Below are positions 20,640 to 30,938 of a stretch of 64,000 nt of DNA, piece after piece. The stretch comes from Desulfobulbaceae bacterium (GTDB taxonomy: Bacteria; Desulfobacterota; Desulfobulbia; Desulfobulbales; SURF-16). Location: positions 3,568 through 67,567 of the forward strand of contig JAQIBE010000263.1 in assembly GCA_027859235.1 (NCBI GenBank). The letters run 5' to 3'. The notes below the pieces were generated by a model that searched no databases, was not told where the DNA came from, and was given only the letters and a program-made list of their open reading frames with translations. A program made the translations under genes and the position numbers. Positions within the stretch are counted from its first letter, which is position 1, and every line of letters begins with the position of its first letter.

Positions 20640-22277
20640 ATGACTGAAGCCAGATACGGAATTGGCATTGATACAGGGGGGACCTACACGGATGGTGCCC
20701 TCATTAATCTTGCCGATCAAACGGTTGTCGCCACCGCTAAAAGTGCTACGACTCATTTTGATTTGAGCCACGGTATTGCCCTTTGTTTACGGGATTTATT
20801 CATAAATTCGGAGATTAAGCCGGCGGACATTGATCTTGTGGCGGTGTCAACTACCCTGGCAACCAATGCCGTTGTTGAATCAAAGGGCGATCGTGTCGGT
20901 CTTATTGTCGCCGGTTATGCGCGTCCTCTAGATCTGCCCGTGGTGTCGACCCTCTTTGTCGAAGGGGGTCATACCCTGCAGGGTGATGAGGAGAGACCTT
21001 TGGACCTGGATGCGGTGGTTCGTGCGGTGTCAGAACTCAAGGGCAATGTCGAATCCTATGTGGTTTGTTCGGCCATGTCCATTAAGAATCCCGCTCATGA
21101 GCAGGTAATGGCCAAGGCGGTATCCATGATTGATCCCTTGCCGGTCTTCATGTCCCATGAGGTTTCGTCAAGGGTGGGTGTTGCCGATCGGGCGGCAACA
21201 GCCGTGTTGAATGCCAGGCTGCGCCCGGTTATGGAGAGTTTTCTCCTGGGAATGCAGGATGCCCTGGTGACTCTCGGTATTGCCCGGAGGGTTATGATTA
21301 TTCGCGGTGATGCAACTGCGATGGATATTGTTGATACCCATCGCCAGGCGGCCTCCACCGTTGCCTCAGGGCCGGCTGCCACCGCCTGGTTTGGTCTGAG
21401 CTTTGCCCCGGCGCCAGATGCGGTTATTATTGATATCGGCGGCACGACAACGGATATCACCATGATTAAAGACGGTAAGCCGACCCTTACGGAAGATGGG
21501 AGTCTTATCGGCAAGTGGCAGACCCATGTTGATGCGGTGAAGATGTCCACCGTGGGCGCGGGCGGCGACAGTCATGCCCTTGTGGATCGGTATAACAAGC
21601 TGCAGGTCGGCCCGGATCGGGTGCTGCCGCTCTCCATGGCTGCTGCCACCTCGCCTGCTGACTGGCTTGGAGCAGGGTTGAAGTCGCGGCTGGTCACCAT
21701 TGCCCCTGATTTGACCGAGGAACAGGCCAAGCATGATCCCATCTTGGAGTTTCTTTTTAAGTCCGGCCCCCAGACCCCTGAGATGTTGAAGGAGGAGTTT
21801 GGGATGGGGGAATCCCTCCTTGCCAGTCATATCCGTGAGCTTGTCAAGGGGCAGCTGGCCTTTGAAACCGGCTTCACCCCCACCGATGCGTTGCATGTAT
21901 TGGCTGAGATTGAGCTTGGGGACGTGGGATCGGCTCTTGCCGGCGCCACGGTGCTTGGCGCGGAGCTGGGTCTCTCCCCTGAGGCCTTTGCCCGGGAGGT
22001 TCTGGATCAGTTGAGCCGTAAAATTGAGGTGGCGGTGCTGGATCACATCCTGGCCATTGAGACAGGTAAGACCCTGTCAGCCTTCTATCCCGATTATCGG
22101 AATAATGATGTGATTGCTATGGATTTCAGGGTTAAGCTGCCCTTTGTCGGGATCGGTGCGGTATCGAAATATATCCTGCCCCAGGTCGCCGAACGTCTGG
22201 GCACAACGGTTGTTTTTCCTGACCATTATGAGGTCGGCAATGCCCTTGGCGCTATTTTGATGGCGTCAACGTCTTAG
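20640..22277 (+). CDS. Hydantoinase/oxoprolinase family protein
   Basis: YGIGIDTGGTYTDGALINL, VSTTLATNAVVESKGDRVGLIVAGYA, DIGGTTTDITMIKDG. Confidence 0.92.
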   Translation: MTEARYGIGIDTGGTYTDGALINLADQTVVATAKSATTHFDLSHGIALCLRDLFINSEIKPADIDLVAVSTTLATNAVVESKGDRVGLIVAGYARPLDLPVVSTLFVEGGHTLQGDEERPLDLDAVVRAVSELKGNVESYVVCSAMSIKNPAHEQVMAKAVSMIDPLPVFMSHEVSSRVGVADRAATAVLNARLRPVMESFLLGMQDALVTLGIARRVMIIRGDATAMDIVDTHRQAASTVASGPAATAWFGLSFAPAPDAVIIDIGGTTTDITMIKDGKPTLTEDGSLIGKWQTHVDAVKMSTVGAGGDSHALVDRYNKLQVGPDRVLPLSMAAATSPADWLGAGLKSRLVTIAPDLTEEQAKHDPILEFLFKSGPQTPEMLKEEFGMGESLLASHIRELVKGQLAFETGFTPTDALHVLAEIELGDVGSALAGATVLGAELGLSPEAFAREVLDQLSRKIEVAVLDHILAIETGKTLSAFYPDYRNNDVIAMDFRVKLPFVGIGAVSKYILPQVAERLGTTVVFPDHYEVGNALGAILMASTS

Positions 22278-22278
22278 G

Positions 22279-22458
22279 ATGGGTGCTGGACCCCTTGATC
22301 CGGGTGAAGAGCTTGCTGAGTTGAAACTCAAGATCAGCCCAGAGTTGTTTCGGGCCTTTCAGCGCTGCAGTTGGATCATCATCCATGAAACAGGCCGAAC
22401 CCAGCTTGAGGTGATGCAGGAGATGGTGGAGGATTTTCTGGTGAAGCATGGGTGCTGA
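22279..22458 (+). CDS. Small conserved-looking ORF immediately after the hydantoinase-like gene (59 aa)
   Basis: MGAGPLDPGEELAELKLKISPELFRAFQRCSWIIIHETGRTQLEVMQEMVEDFLVKHGC; missed by the 60-aa ORF cutoff. Confidence 0.55.
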   Translation: MGAGPLDPGEELAELKLKISPELFRAFQRCSWIIIHETGRTQLEVMQEMVEDFLVKHGC

Positions 22459-22694
22459 AATCTGCGGAAACCCTGGGCGGGATAGCCTGAGGGGTACTTT
22501 GAATAATTAGATTTTTCGGAGTCTACGCTTACCTGTTCAAGATCAAGGCATGCGAGAAAATTTACCGCAGGCATATATTTGATATCGGGGTCTTCACTTC
22601 GTTTCGCTTACCTCCGAGGATAAATTTTCGAGCATAACGCAGAGATTGGACGAAAAAGCAATTATTCAAGGTGGCCTGAGATTTTAAAGCAGGG

Positions 22695-23156
22695 TTACCA
22701 GCCCCAGAGCAGATCCCGTTTTACCCAGCCTTCAATGTTTTCCTCTTCGTGGCGGACCTTGGCCCATCCGGCTTTATGCTGCAATGTTTTAAGCACAACA
22801 CCCCGTTTCGCCTGGCGAATAATCTTATATCTCGTGCCGGCGCCGCTGCGGATATTGATGACCTTATTTTTCACCACAAAATGGGAAGACCGGTCAACGA
22901 GCTTCTTGTATACCCACCCCTTATCATTCTCAAAATCGACAACACGGTACCATTGGCCCTGGGTGCCAATCACCTTCAGTGGATAGCCGCGCCCAAGTTC
23001 CCAGACCACCTTAAAGTTGGAGCCGGGGCCGGAACGCATATTGATCATGTCGGCATTAACGGCCACCATCCTGGCTGATGCTGCGGTGGCAATACCCAGA
23101 AGGGTGAGAGTGAAAAAGAGGGTTGTGATGCGTTTGCGAATCATGCCAAGGTCCAT
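22695..23156 (-). CDS. Secreted SH3-domain protein
   Basis: 153 aa; repeated NMRSGPGSNFKVVWELGRGYPLKVI and NIRSGAGTRYKIIRQAKRGVVLKTL. Confidence 0.88.
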   Translation of the reverse strand: MDLGMIRKRITTLFFTLTLLGIATAASARMVAVNADMINMRSGPGSNFKVVWELGRGYPLKVIGTQGQWYRVVDFENDKGWVYKKLVDRSSHFVVKNKVINIRSGAGTRYKIIRQAKRGVVLKTLQHKAGWAKVRHEEENIEGWVKRDLLWGW

Positions 23157-23470
23157 ATCCTAATGATTTGAGAAAAGAAAATACAATTTACAGAGGGTGC
23201 TGGCAGCTGTCCAGTAAAAAGGTGGATGTTCTGACCTCTTATGTTCTAATGGACTGAATTTACTCTTGGTTTTATGAAGGTATGGCTTGTTTTTTCTTTC
23301 AAGGTTCAATGCTTTTATGCTGCCTGAATTGATTTCCGCCCCATTGTGAACATTTCACATGGACATGGTGAACTATCTGCCCCTTGTGCTGCGGTATAAA
23401 TATCTGACAGTTTTTATTCTGCTGATTGGTAGCATGCTGTCGGCAACAGGTGTTCGCCTTTTTTATAGGG

Positions 23471-24379
23471 TTACTTATTGATCTGCTGGCCCGGTTTTTT
23501 GGCTGTCTGGCGTATATCAGGGGAGTGTACTGGGATTCCACCAATTTGCAATTGAATGGCGCCGAATTGACATCCCTCGTGCATGCAGCGTAAGCAGGTG
23601 ATGCACTCACTGTCATTGGGGGATTCATTGAATTTGACGCCCATGGGACATACGGGGTGGCATTCGTTGCACTTGGTGCATTTGTCCTCGTCTAAAACAA
23701 GCTTGATCATCTTGGCATTTTTGAATAACCCATACCATGCCCCCAGGGGACAGGTGGTGCGGCAAAACGGTCTGGAGGCGATTATTGACCAGATGATAAA
23801 GGCGATCAAAATAACAAGCTTTGAATAGAAGAGGGTGCTGACAACACCCTGCAGGGAGGGCTGGAGCATTAGCATGGGAAGCCCTGCCTCCAATGTGCCG
23901 GCCGGGCAGATGAATTTGCAGAACCAGGGGGAGCCGAGTCCCATTTCACTGACGATGGTGAGGGGGAGAATGAAAACCGTGAGGCCAAGGATAGCGTATT
24001 TGAGAAAGCGTAAGACACGGGGGATGTTGAATTTTCTGGAGGGAATCTTATGGAGCATGTCCTGGAGAAAACCAAAGGGGCAGGCCCAGCCGCAGATCAT
24101 GCGTCCAAAGATTGAACCGAGAATGCCAAGGGCTCCCACCAGATACAGGGCCAGATAGGTCTGGCCGTTGGCCCAGCTCACCCGCACCGAGAGAAGCATT
24201 TGCTGGATGGCGCCAATGGGGCAGGACATGGCTGCTGCCGGGCAGGAATAACAGTTGAGCCCTGGTGAGCAGATAACCTTAAGAGGCCCCTGGTAGATAG
24301 ATTTAGTGAAGGGGAAGGCCCAGTAGCTGTTGGTGATGAAGAGAACCAGGACTTGAAACCACTTGCGATAAAATTCCAT
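23471..24379 (-). CDS. 4Fe-4S membrane protein, NapH/RdxA-like
   Basis: 302 aa; CGWACPFGFLQDMLHKIPS, CRTTCPLGAWYGLFK, CTKCNECHPVCPMG, CITCLRCMHEGCQFG. Confidence 0.88.
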   Translation of the reverse strand: MEFYRKWFQVLVLFITNSYWAFPFTKSIYQGPLKVICSPGLNCYSCPAAAMSCPIGAIQQMLLSVRVSWANGQTYLALYLVGALGILGSIFGRMICGWACPFGFLQDMLHKIPSRKFNIPRVLRFLKYAILGLTVFILPLTIVSEMGLGSPWFCKFICPAGTLEAGLPMLMLQPSLQGVVSTLFYSKLVILIAFIIWSIIASRPFCRTTCPLGAWYGLFKNAKMIKLVLDEDKCTKCNECHPVCPMGVKFNESPNDSECITCLRCMHEGCQFGAIQLQIGGIPVHSPDIRQTAKKPGQQINK

Positions 24380-24543
24380 GGTAGTCTCCTAACCAATACC
24401 TATACAGCTGTAACAAATTCGCCATGCCTGTTCAAGGACTCTGGATGGTTCATCCAGGGAGAGACCAATGGAGAAAAGAACGAGGAATATGGCCAGGATA
24501 ATAAGGGGTAATTTATCTGCTTTAAAATGGGGGGCAATTCGTT

Positions 24544-24864
24544 TCATGAAGATGAGTTTGTTGAATTGTTGAGTAGGGATTGAACCCTGCGGGTTTTGTC
24601 ACCAATGGCCACGTCTCTATCCCGTCTGTCATCAATGGCTATCTGGGTCACAACCCGCTCGGCCCCTGCAGCAAAAGGGATATCATAAATAACCCTGACC
24701 AACCGGAGTAATTCGTCAATGTCGCCTTCGATGACTGTACCCATATCGGTAAGCTGGAATGTTGCCTTTTCCTCTGCAAGTTTTTGTTGTATCTGCGCAA
24801 CAAAGGAAGCCACAGAGGTGGATCCGGTGCCAAGGGGGATGGTGGTTATTTGGAGTAGGGCCAT
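24544..24864 (-). CDS. Hypothetical protein
   Basis: 106 aa ORF with TDMGTVIEGDIDELLRLVRVIYDIPFAAGAERVVTQIAIDDRRD, resembling thiamine-binding/DUF77-type proteins. Confidence 0.6.
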   Translation of the reverse strand: MALLQITTIPLGTGSTSVASFVAQIQQKLAEEKATFQLTDMGTVIEGDIDELLRLVRVIYDIPFAAGAERVVTQIAIDDRRDRDVAIGDKTRRVQSLLNNSTNSSS

Positions 24865-25047
24865 GGTTTTTGCTCTGTTAAGGGTGAGAGTAATATAACT
24901 GTAATAACAGTTGTTGACTATATCAGGGTTTTTTGAGTTGTAACGGATAATATTCTCAAGGCGGATGAAACTGTTGTGATCCGCTGCAGGAAAATTTTAG
25001 GGGGAACAGGATTCAAGGGCAAGGGGCTTCTATTGCAGAGCTCATGT

Positions 25048-25596
25048 TCAGCCGGGCACAGTCATTATCTTTTGTAAGGCCTTAGTTTCAGCAATGAGAG
25101 ACTGGATGGTGAGCAGGGCCTCCGTCTGTTGTGTTGCTGAGAGGGTGTTGAAGTGGACCGCTAAAGATTGTAAACGGGTAATGTCCTCCTTGAGTGAATC
25201 GTTTGCCTGGGCAAATTTATTTACCACTGCCGGTTTAAGCTGCAGGGATAACCCTAACCTGTTTAATTGCCGCAGACAATGGCCACAGGTTGATCTTTCA
25301 AAAACCGTATCTGGTTCATCCTGTTCAACGATGGTGACAATATGGGCCATAATCTCCTTGAGCAGGTCGATGACTCCTGCACCGGATACCTTGTTTGCCG
25401 CAAGGTGACATAGCAGTTGTTGTGCCATGGCAACTAATCCTCTGGCATATCTTCTGCTGTGGCAGAAAACGTTGAGAATATCCATGGCAGCCCTGAGGTT
25501 TTCATTTCTTCTTGGGCTCAATGCCCAGTCCGGGGATAATGTCTCAGCCTTGAGGAGCTGGATGCTGTTTAGGAAGGATGGGTCGTTCTGGTCCAT
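25048..25596 (-). CDS. Hypothetical protein
   Basis: 182 aa ORF, plausible codon usage. Confidence 0.6.
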   Translation of the reverse strand: MDQNDPSFLNSIQLLKAETLSPDWALSPRRNENLRAAMDILNVFCHSRRYARGLVAMAQQLLCHLAANKVSGAGVIDLLKEIMAHIVTIVEQDEPDTVFERSTCGHCLRQLNRLGLSLQLKPAVVNKFAQANDSLKEDITRLQSLAVHFNTLSATQQTEALLTIQSLIAETKALQKIMTVPG

Positions 25597-25696
25597 AACT
25601 TTATGTTGTAATGGTGTATTTTCATTTATAAAAAGGGTATATTATGATTTCTTTTTGCCCATTACCCCTCTTTGCTTAGGAGATATGTAAGAAAAA

Positions 25697-26476
25697 ATGG
25701 ATATTTTTGCTATTGAAATTATTGTTTTTCTTTATGGGGCCATTGTCGGCAGTTTCCTCAATGTTGTTATTCTGAGACTTCCTGAAGAGGGGGCTTCGGT
25801 GATTTTCCCTGCGTCCCATTGCCCCCAATGCCAGACGAGTCTGTCTTGGTATGAGAATATCCCCGTGTTGAGTTATATCGTCCTGAGGGGGAGGTGCCGG
25901 ACGTGCAGGACCCATATCTCCATACAATACCCCTTGGTTGAACTGGCAATGGGTGTGCTTGCTGTTCTGCTTATGGAGAAGTTTACACTAAGTGCTGCCT
26001 TTTTCATTTACTTTGCCTATGTGGCGGCCCTGCTTGTTATTATTGTGATTGATCTGTATCACCAGATTATTCCAGATGTAATTAGCCTGCCCGGCATCCT
26101 CTATGGCCTTCTTGCCTCATTTGTTCTGCCTTGGGTCTCGTGGCAGGACTCGCTTATCGGCCTTCTGGCCGGTGGTGGGACTTTTTATCTAATTGCCCTG
26201 TGTTATTATCTTATAACCAAGAGGCAGGGGATGGGGGGAGGAGATATCAAGCTCCTTGCCATGATTGGTGCCCTGCAGGGCTGGCAGGCGCTGCCCTTTG
26301 TTATTTTCTGCAGCTCATTACTCGGTTCCGTGATAGGCATCGGTGCCATGGTTGTTCAGAAAAAGGGTGGACAATCGAGGATTCCTTACGGGCCTTTTCT
26401 GGCTGTAGCCAGTTTGCTCTATCTCTTTTTTGATCAACAGATCTTGCATTATATGCAGTTATACTTCGGCGGATAG
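25697..26476 (+). CDS. pilD: Prepilin peptidase (type 4 leader peptidase / N-methyltransferase)
   Basis: 259 aa; GSFLNVVILRLP, CPQCQTSLSWYENIPVLSYIVLRGRCRTC, DLYHQIIPD, GGGDIKLLAMIGALQGW. Confidence 0.94.
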   Translation: MDIFAIEIIVFLYGAIVGSFLNVVILRLPEEGASVIFPASHCPQCQTSLSWYENIPVLSYIVLRGRCRTCRTHISIQYPLVELAMGVLAVLLMEKFTLSAAFFIYFAYVAALLVIIVIDLYHQIIPDVISLPGILYGLLASFVLPWVSWQDSLIGLLAGGGTFYLIALCYYLITKRQGMGGGDIKLLAMIGALQGWQALPFVIFCSSLLGSVIGIGAMVVQKKGGQSRIPYGPFLAVASLLYLFFDQQILHYMQLYFGG

Positions 26477-26738
26477 TTCATTGTTTACTGTTCAAGGTTA
26501 CCCTCTTTCTGACGGGTAACCGCAAACCTATGTCTGTCTGTGAATATCGATATTCTCCGGTTCTCTATGTTAAGGAAACCGGCTTGCCGCTGGTAGTTGT
26601 TTAGCCCGAGTTGAGTAAATTGTTTTTTTTACTTGCGTAACTGGGTGAATTTATCCGAGTATTTCTTGACACTCTTTTTTCTGACGTGTAAATAACTAAA
26701 AATAGTAATTATTATTAATTAATACGCGGGTAAGAAAT

Positions 26739-26945
26739 ATGCTGTATTCTGTGTATTCCTTTTATCGGAATGGTTTTCGCAGCATGACAGTGGGAAAACG
26801 GCTTTGGCTCATCATAGCATTAAAGTTATTTGTCATGTTTGGGGTGCTGAAGGTGTTTTACTTCCCCAACTATCTAAATACTCAGTTTGATACAGATCAT
26901 GAAAGGACCAACCATGTGATTGAGCAGATCACCATGGTACGTTAG
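26739..26945 (+). CDS. DUF4492-like small membrane protein upstream of cydAB
   Basis: VGKRLWLIIALKLFVMFGVLKVFYFPNYLNTQF; located directly upstream of cydA. Confidence 0.75.
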   Translation: MLYSVYSFYRNGFRSMTVGKRLWLIIALKLFVMFGVLKVFYFPNYLNTQFDTDHERTNHVIEQITMVR

Positions 26946-27038
26946 TGGTTAGTCCAGAAACCGGCGGTGAGTTGCAATGGGTTGGGATATGGCGCCCTCT
27001 TGTAACTTTTCACAAAAAAAATGAAGGAGGGAGTGATG

Positions 27039-28571
27039 GTTGAACAGATTGATTTTTCGCAGGTGAACTGGGCCCGGGCCCAATTTGCCCTGACTGCGAT
27101 GTATCATTGGATCTTTGTACCATTGACATTGGGGCTGTCGGTTTTGCTCGCATTTTTTGAAACGATCTATGTCAAGACCGGCAATGAAGCGTGGAAGCGG
27201 TTAACAAAATTCTGGATGACACTCTTTGCCATTAATTTTGCCATTGGTGTGGCTACCGGCATTATTCTGGAGTTTCAGTTTGGCACAAACTGGTCAAATT
27301 ATTCCTGGATCGTTGGTGATATCTTTGGCGCCCCCCTGGCCATTGAAGGTATTTTCGCCTTTTTCCTTGAAGCAACCTTTTTTGCCATGATGTTTTTCGG
27401 CTGGGACCGGGTTTCAAAGGGAATGCATCTCTTTTCAACGTGGATGGTGGCTATTGGTGCAAACCTCTCTGCCCTGTGGATTCTTGTCGCCAATGGCTGG
27501 ATGCAGAATCCTGTGGGCATGGAATTCAACCCTGACACGGCCCGTTTTGAAATGGTCAACTTTGCCGAAATTATTTTTAACCCTGTTGCGGTTTCCAAAT
27601 TCACCCACACCACAAGTTCAGGTTTTTTACTGGCCTGTCTCTTTGTGGTGGGCGTTTCTTCATGGTACCTCATGAAGGGGCGTCATCAGCTCATGGCAAA
27701 GCGTTCAATTGTTGTTGCCTCTGTATTCGGGGTCATTGCCGCAGCCTATGTCGGCTTTTCAGGTGATGAGGCGGCCTACGAGGTGAGTCAGCAGCAGCCC
27801 ATGAAGCTTGCGGCCATGGAGGGGTTATATGAAGGTGAGGTCAATGCCGGTCTCGTTGCCCTGGGTGTGATCAATTCTAAGAAGATTGCTGGTGATACCC
27901 AGGAACCATTCATCTTTTCCGTAAAGATCCCTTATGCCTTGTCCCTTCTTGCCAATCGCGAGCTGGGTTCTTTTGTGCCCGGTATTGATGATCTGGTCTT
28001 TGGTAATGAGGAGCAGGGGATCGAGAGTGGAGCCAGTCGTATTGCCAAAGGCAAGCAGGCCATTGCCGCCCTGGCCGCCTATAAAGAGGCGCGGAATAAT
28101 CATGATGACGTGGCAAGTCAGCAGGCCCTGGGTCAGTTTGACGCCTATAAGTCCAACCTTGGTTACGGCTATCTGGAGTCAGGTGCTGATGCTGTTCCCC
28201 CTGTGGCCACAACCTTTTATGCCTTTCATATCATGGTGGCACTTGGCACCTTGTTCCCGCTGATCTTCATAGTTCTCCTCTACTATATCTATAAGGGTGA
28301 GCTTGAAAATGCGGGGTGGCTCCATATTGTCGGGTTGTGCTGTATTCCCCTGGCCTGGATTGCCTCTGAGACTGGCTGGGTTGTTGCCGAAGTTGGGCGT
28401 CAGCCCTGGGCTATTCAGGGACTCTTGCCGGTGCAGGTGGCCAACACGAATTTGACAACCGGCACCATCCAGACCACGTTCTTCATGTTTCTCTTTTTGT
28501 TTACCCTGCTTATTATTGCCGAGTTTAAGATCATGTTGACCCAAATTAAAAAAGGCCCGGAGGAAGACTAA
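27039..28571 (+). CDS. cydA: Cytochrome bd ubiquinol oxidase subunit I
   Basis: ARAQFALTAMYHWIFVPLTLGLSVLLAFFETIYVKTG, FWMTLFAINFAIGVATGIILEFQFGTNWSNYSWIVGDIFGAPLAIEGI. Confidence 0.96.
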   Translation, partial: VEQIDFSQVNWARAQFALTAMYHWIFVPLTLGLSVLLAFFETIYVKTGNEAWKRLTKFWMTLFAINFAIGVATGIILEFQFGTNWSNYSWIVGDIFGAPLAIEGIFAFFLEATFFAMMFFGWDRVSKGMHLFSTWMVAIGANLSALWILVANGWMQNPVGMEFNPDTARFEMVNFAEIIFNPVAVSKFTHTTSSGFLLACLFVVGVSSWYLMKGRHQLMAKRSIVVASVFGVIAAAYVGFSGDEAAYEVSQQQPMKLAAMEGLYEGEVNAGLVALGVINSKKIAGDTQEPFIFSVKIPYALSLLANRELGSFVPGIDDLVFGNEEQGIESGASRIAKGKQAIAALAAYKEARNNHDDVASQQALGQFDAYKSNLGYGYLESGADAVPPVATTFYAFHIMVALGTLFPLIFIVLLYYIYKGELENAGWLHIVGLCCIPLAWIASETGWVVAEVGRQPWAIQGLLPVQVANTNLTTGTIQTTFFMFLFLFTLLIIAEFKIMLTQIKKGPEED

Positions 28572-28572
28572 A

Positions 28573-29712
28573 ATGATAGGGAATTTGGATTACTCGACAC
28601 TGCAGCAGTTGTGGTGGCTTATTACTTCAGTTGTTGGTTCATTGTTTGTCTTTCTCCTTTTTGTGCAGGGCGGACAATCCATGCTCTTTACCTTGCCCCA
28701 CTCCGCTGAGGAAAAGAGTTTAATAGTCAACTCCATTGGCCGTAAATGGGAGATGACGTTTACCACGCTGGTGCTTTTCGGGGGGGCGCTCTTTGCGGCC
28801 TTCCCGAAGTTTTACGCCACCAGTTTTGGCGGGGCGTACTGGGTGTGGATGCTGATTCTCTTCACCTTTATTATTCAGGCCGTATCCTACGAGTATCGTT
28901 CAAAGCCCAATAATTTTTTGGGCACCAGAACCTATGATCTCTTCCTCTTTATTAATGGCACAGTGGGCGTGCTTCTCATTGGTGCTGCAGTAGGAACATT
29001 TTTTACCGGGGCAGACTTTGCCCTGAATGAATATAATTCGGTGACATGGCAAACTCCGACCCGGGGTCTTGAGGCGGCGTCAAACCTGTTCAATCTCTCC
29101 TTCGGACTGTTTCTGGTCTTTCTGGGCCGGACCCTTGGCGGGATGTATCTCGTGAATAATATTCGCCATGCCGCTTTAAATGCCAGGAGCCGCAAATCAG
29201 TCTTGATCAATTTCCTGATCATGCTGCCGTTTCTGCTCTTTGTGGTGCTCAGTCTCGTCACCATGGACGGGTATGCGTTAAACCCTGAAACCTCTGAAAT
29301 ATTCATGGAGAAGGGGAAGTATCTGCACAATCTGTTGTCCATGCCGTTGCTCCTGGTCTTCCTCCTGGCAGGGCTCGGCCTTGTAATTTACGGTGTGGTG
29401 GCCACCTGCTTTAAAAACTCCGACCGGGGTATTTGGTTTGCAGGGGTTGGTACCGTGCTCACGGCCCTGGCCATTTTCCTTACAGCTGGCTATGGCAACA
29501 CCGCTTTTTATCCATCCTATGCCGACCTGCAGTCAAGTTTGACGATCTATAATGCCTCTTCGTCCAAGTTTACCCTGACGGTGATGAGCTATGTCGGTCT
29601 GGGTATTCCTTTTGTGCTGGCCTATGTTGCCTATGTCTGGAAGCTCATGGATAATAAGAAGATGGATGTGAATGAGTTAATCAACAGTGAAAGTGCTGAA
29701 GAATTCTATTAA
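28573..29712 (+). CDS. cydB: Cytochrome bd ubiquinol oxidase subunit II
   Basis: 379 aa; LDYSTLQQLWWLITSVVGSLFVFLLFVQGGQSML; follows cydA. Confidence 0.93.
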   Translation: MIGNLDYSTLQQLWWLITSVVGSLFVFLLFVQGGQSMLFTLPHSAEEKSLIVNSIGRKWEMTFTTLVLFGGALFAAFPKFYATSFGGAYWVWMLILFTFIIQAVSYEYRSKPNNFLGTRTYDLFLFINGTVGVLLIGAAVGTFFTGADFALNEYNSVTWQTPTRGLEAASNLFNLSFGLFLVFLGRTLGGMYLVNNIRHAALNARSRKSVLINFLIMLPFLLFVVLSLVTMDGYALNPETSEIFMEKGKYLHNLLSMPLLLVFLLAGLGLVIYGVVATCFKNSDRGIWFAGVGTVLTALAIFLTAGYGNTAFYPSYADLQSSLTIYNASSSKFTLTVMSYVGLGIPFVLAYVAYVWKLMDNKKMDVNELINSESAEEFY

Positions 29713-29725
29713 TGAGGATTGGACT

Positions 29726-29821
29726 ATGATGACTGTTATATTGCTGGGCAGTTGGGTCGGTGTACTGGTTGTTTCCCTGGGTGCCTCCCTGATTGTTTTG
29801 AAGAAATTTGATTTATTGTAA
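29726..29821 (+). CDS. CydX-like small subunit (31 aa)
   Basis: MMTVILLGSWVGVLVVSLGASLIVLKKFDLL directly downstream of cydB. Confidence 0.6.
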   Translation: MMTVILLGSWVGVLVVSLGASLIVLKKFDLL

Positions 29822-29841
29822 GGTTGTCTTTATGCAGTGAA

Positions 29842-29878
29842 AATGCCCTGGTGCCTGAAAAGCACAGGGCATTTTTTT
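29842..29878 (+). terminator. Rho-independent terminator after the cyd operon
   Basis: tgccctggtgcctgaaaagcacagggca hairpin followed by ttttttt. Confidence 0.8.
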
Positions 29879-30131
29879 ATGGAAATGGGTAGATATGGTT
29901 TATTTTTCTAGACAGGCGGCCTTTGATATGGTCTATACTGCTCGTTTGCAGTTTTTAAAAAAAAGAGACCTGTGCTGGACAGTTGCGGGTGACTTGATTC
30001 ACCGTGCTTAGGTTTTGTAAACTGTATTTATTCAGAGGGTGCCGCCCAAATGGGAGCATCCACAGGAAGAAGACGACTGCCTGATACTTCCTGAACTGAA
30101 CGTTATCTATCTACATTATTGAGGATTCACC

Positions 30132-30269
30132 ATGAGTAAACGTACTTTTCAACCATCCAATGTTAAACGTGCCCGTACCCACGGTTTTCGTAAGCGTATG
30201 TCCACTAAGGCTGGACGTTCTATTATTAATTCACGTCGGGCAAAAGGTCGTAAACGTCTTTCCTGCTAG
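30132..30269 (+). CDS. rpmH: 50S ribosomal protein L34
   Basis: [45 protein letters not shown] (45 aa; below ORF-track cutoff). Confidence 0.97.
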   Translation: MSKRTFQPSNVKRARTHGFRKRMSTKAGRSIINSRRAKGRKRLSC

Positions 30270-30313
30270 TGGTGATTTACGCATGAAGGGTGACGGGAGC
30301 AGGTGCTGAGCCA

Positions 30314-30664
30314 ATGTTGCGGTATACTCTCCCTAAAACTGCCCTTCTCCGGAAATCAGCCCAGTATAACGCGGTATATCGACGGGGAAAACGAATTCGT
30401 GGACAGCATTTCAGTTTGATTTTTCTTGATAATGATCAAGGCTATAATCGGATGGGGATAAGTGTCCATGGGGTCAAGACTGCTGTTCGCCGGAATCGTT
30501 TTAAGCGTATTGTCCGGGAATTCTTTCGTTTGAATCGGGATTTTCTGCCTCCGGCGAAGGATATTGTCTTTGCCATTCGCAAAGAATGTGCCTTTGATTC
30601 GCCCCAGGCTGTTTATGATGCTGTTGTCTCTTCATTAGAGTGTCGTAATAAGAGGAAAACATGA
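30314..30664 (+). CDS. rnpA: Ribonuclease P protein component
   Basis: [18 protein letters not shown] motif; between rpmH and yidD. Confidence 0.93.
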   Translation: MLRYTLPKTALLRKSAQYNAVYRRGKRIRGQHFSLIFLDNDQGYNRMGISVHGVKTAVRRNRFKRIVREFFRLNRDFLPPAKDIVFAIRKECAFDSPQAVYDAVVSSLECRNKRKT

Positions 30665-30876
30665 AATACATCCTGCTCGGGTTGATTTTTGTCTACCAGC
30701 GGTTGGTGTCACCGTTTTTTCCTCCATCCTGTCGCTTTGTCCCCACCTGTTCCAGTTATGCCATTGAAGCCATTGAAACCCATGGTGCCTTGTATGGCGG
30801 CTGGATGTCCCTATGTCGTATCCTGCGTTGTCACCCCTTTTCCAAAGGCGGCTATGATCCGGTAAAGAATGGCTGA
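30661..30876 (+). CDS. yidD: Membrane protein insertion efficiency factor YidD
   Basis: [58 protein letters not shown]. Confidence 0.96.
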   Translation: MKYILLGLIFVYQRLVSPFFPPSCRFVPTCSSYAIEAIETHGALYGGWMSLCRILRCHPFSKGGYDPVKNG

Positions 30877-30938
30877 GTTCTTGCTGTTCATAGTCTGGAC
30901 GCTGTCTTTGTATACCTCTGCAAATGAGATTTATCCCC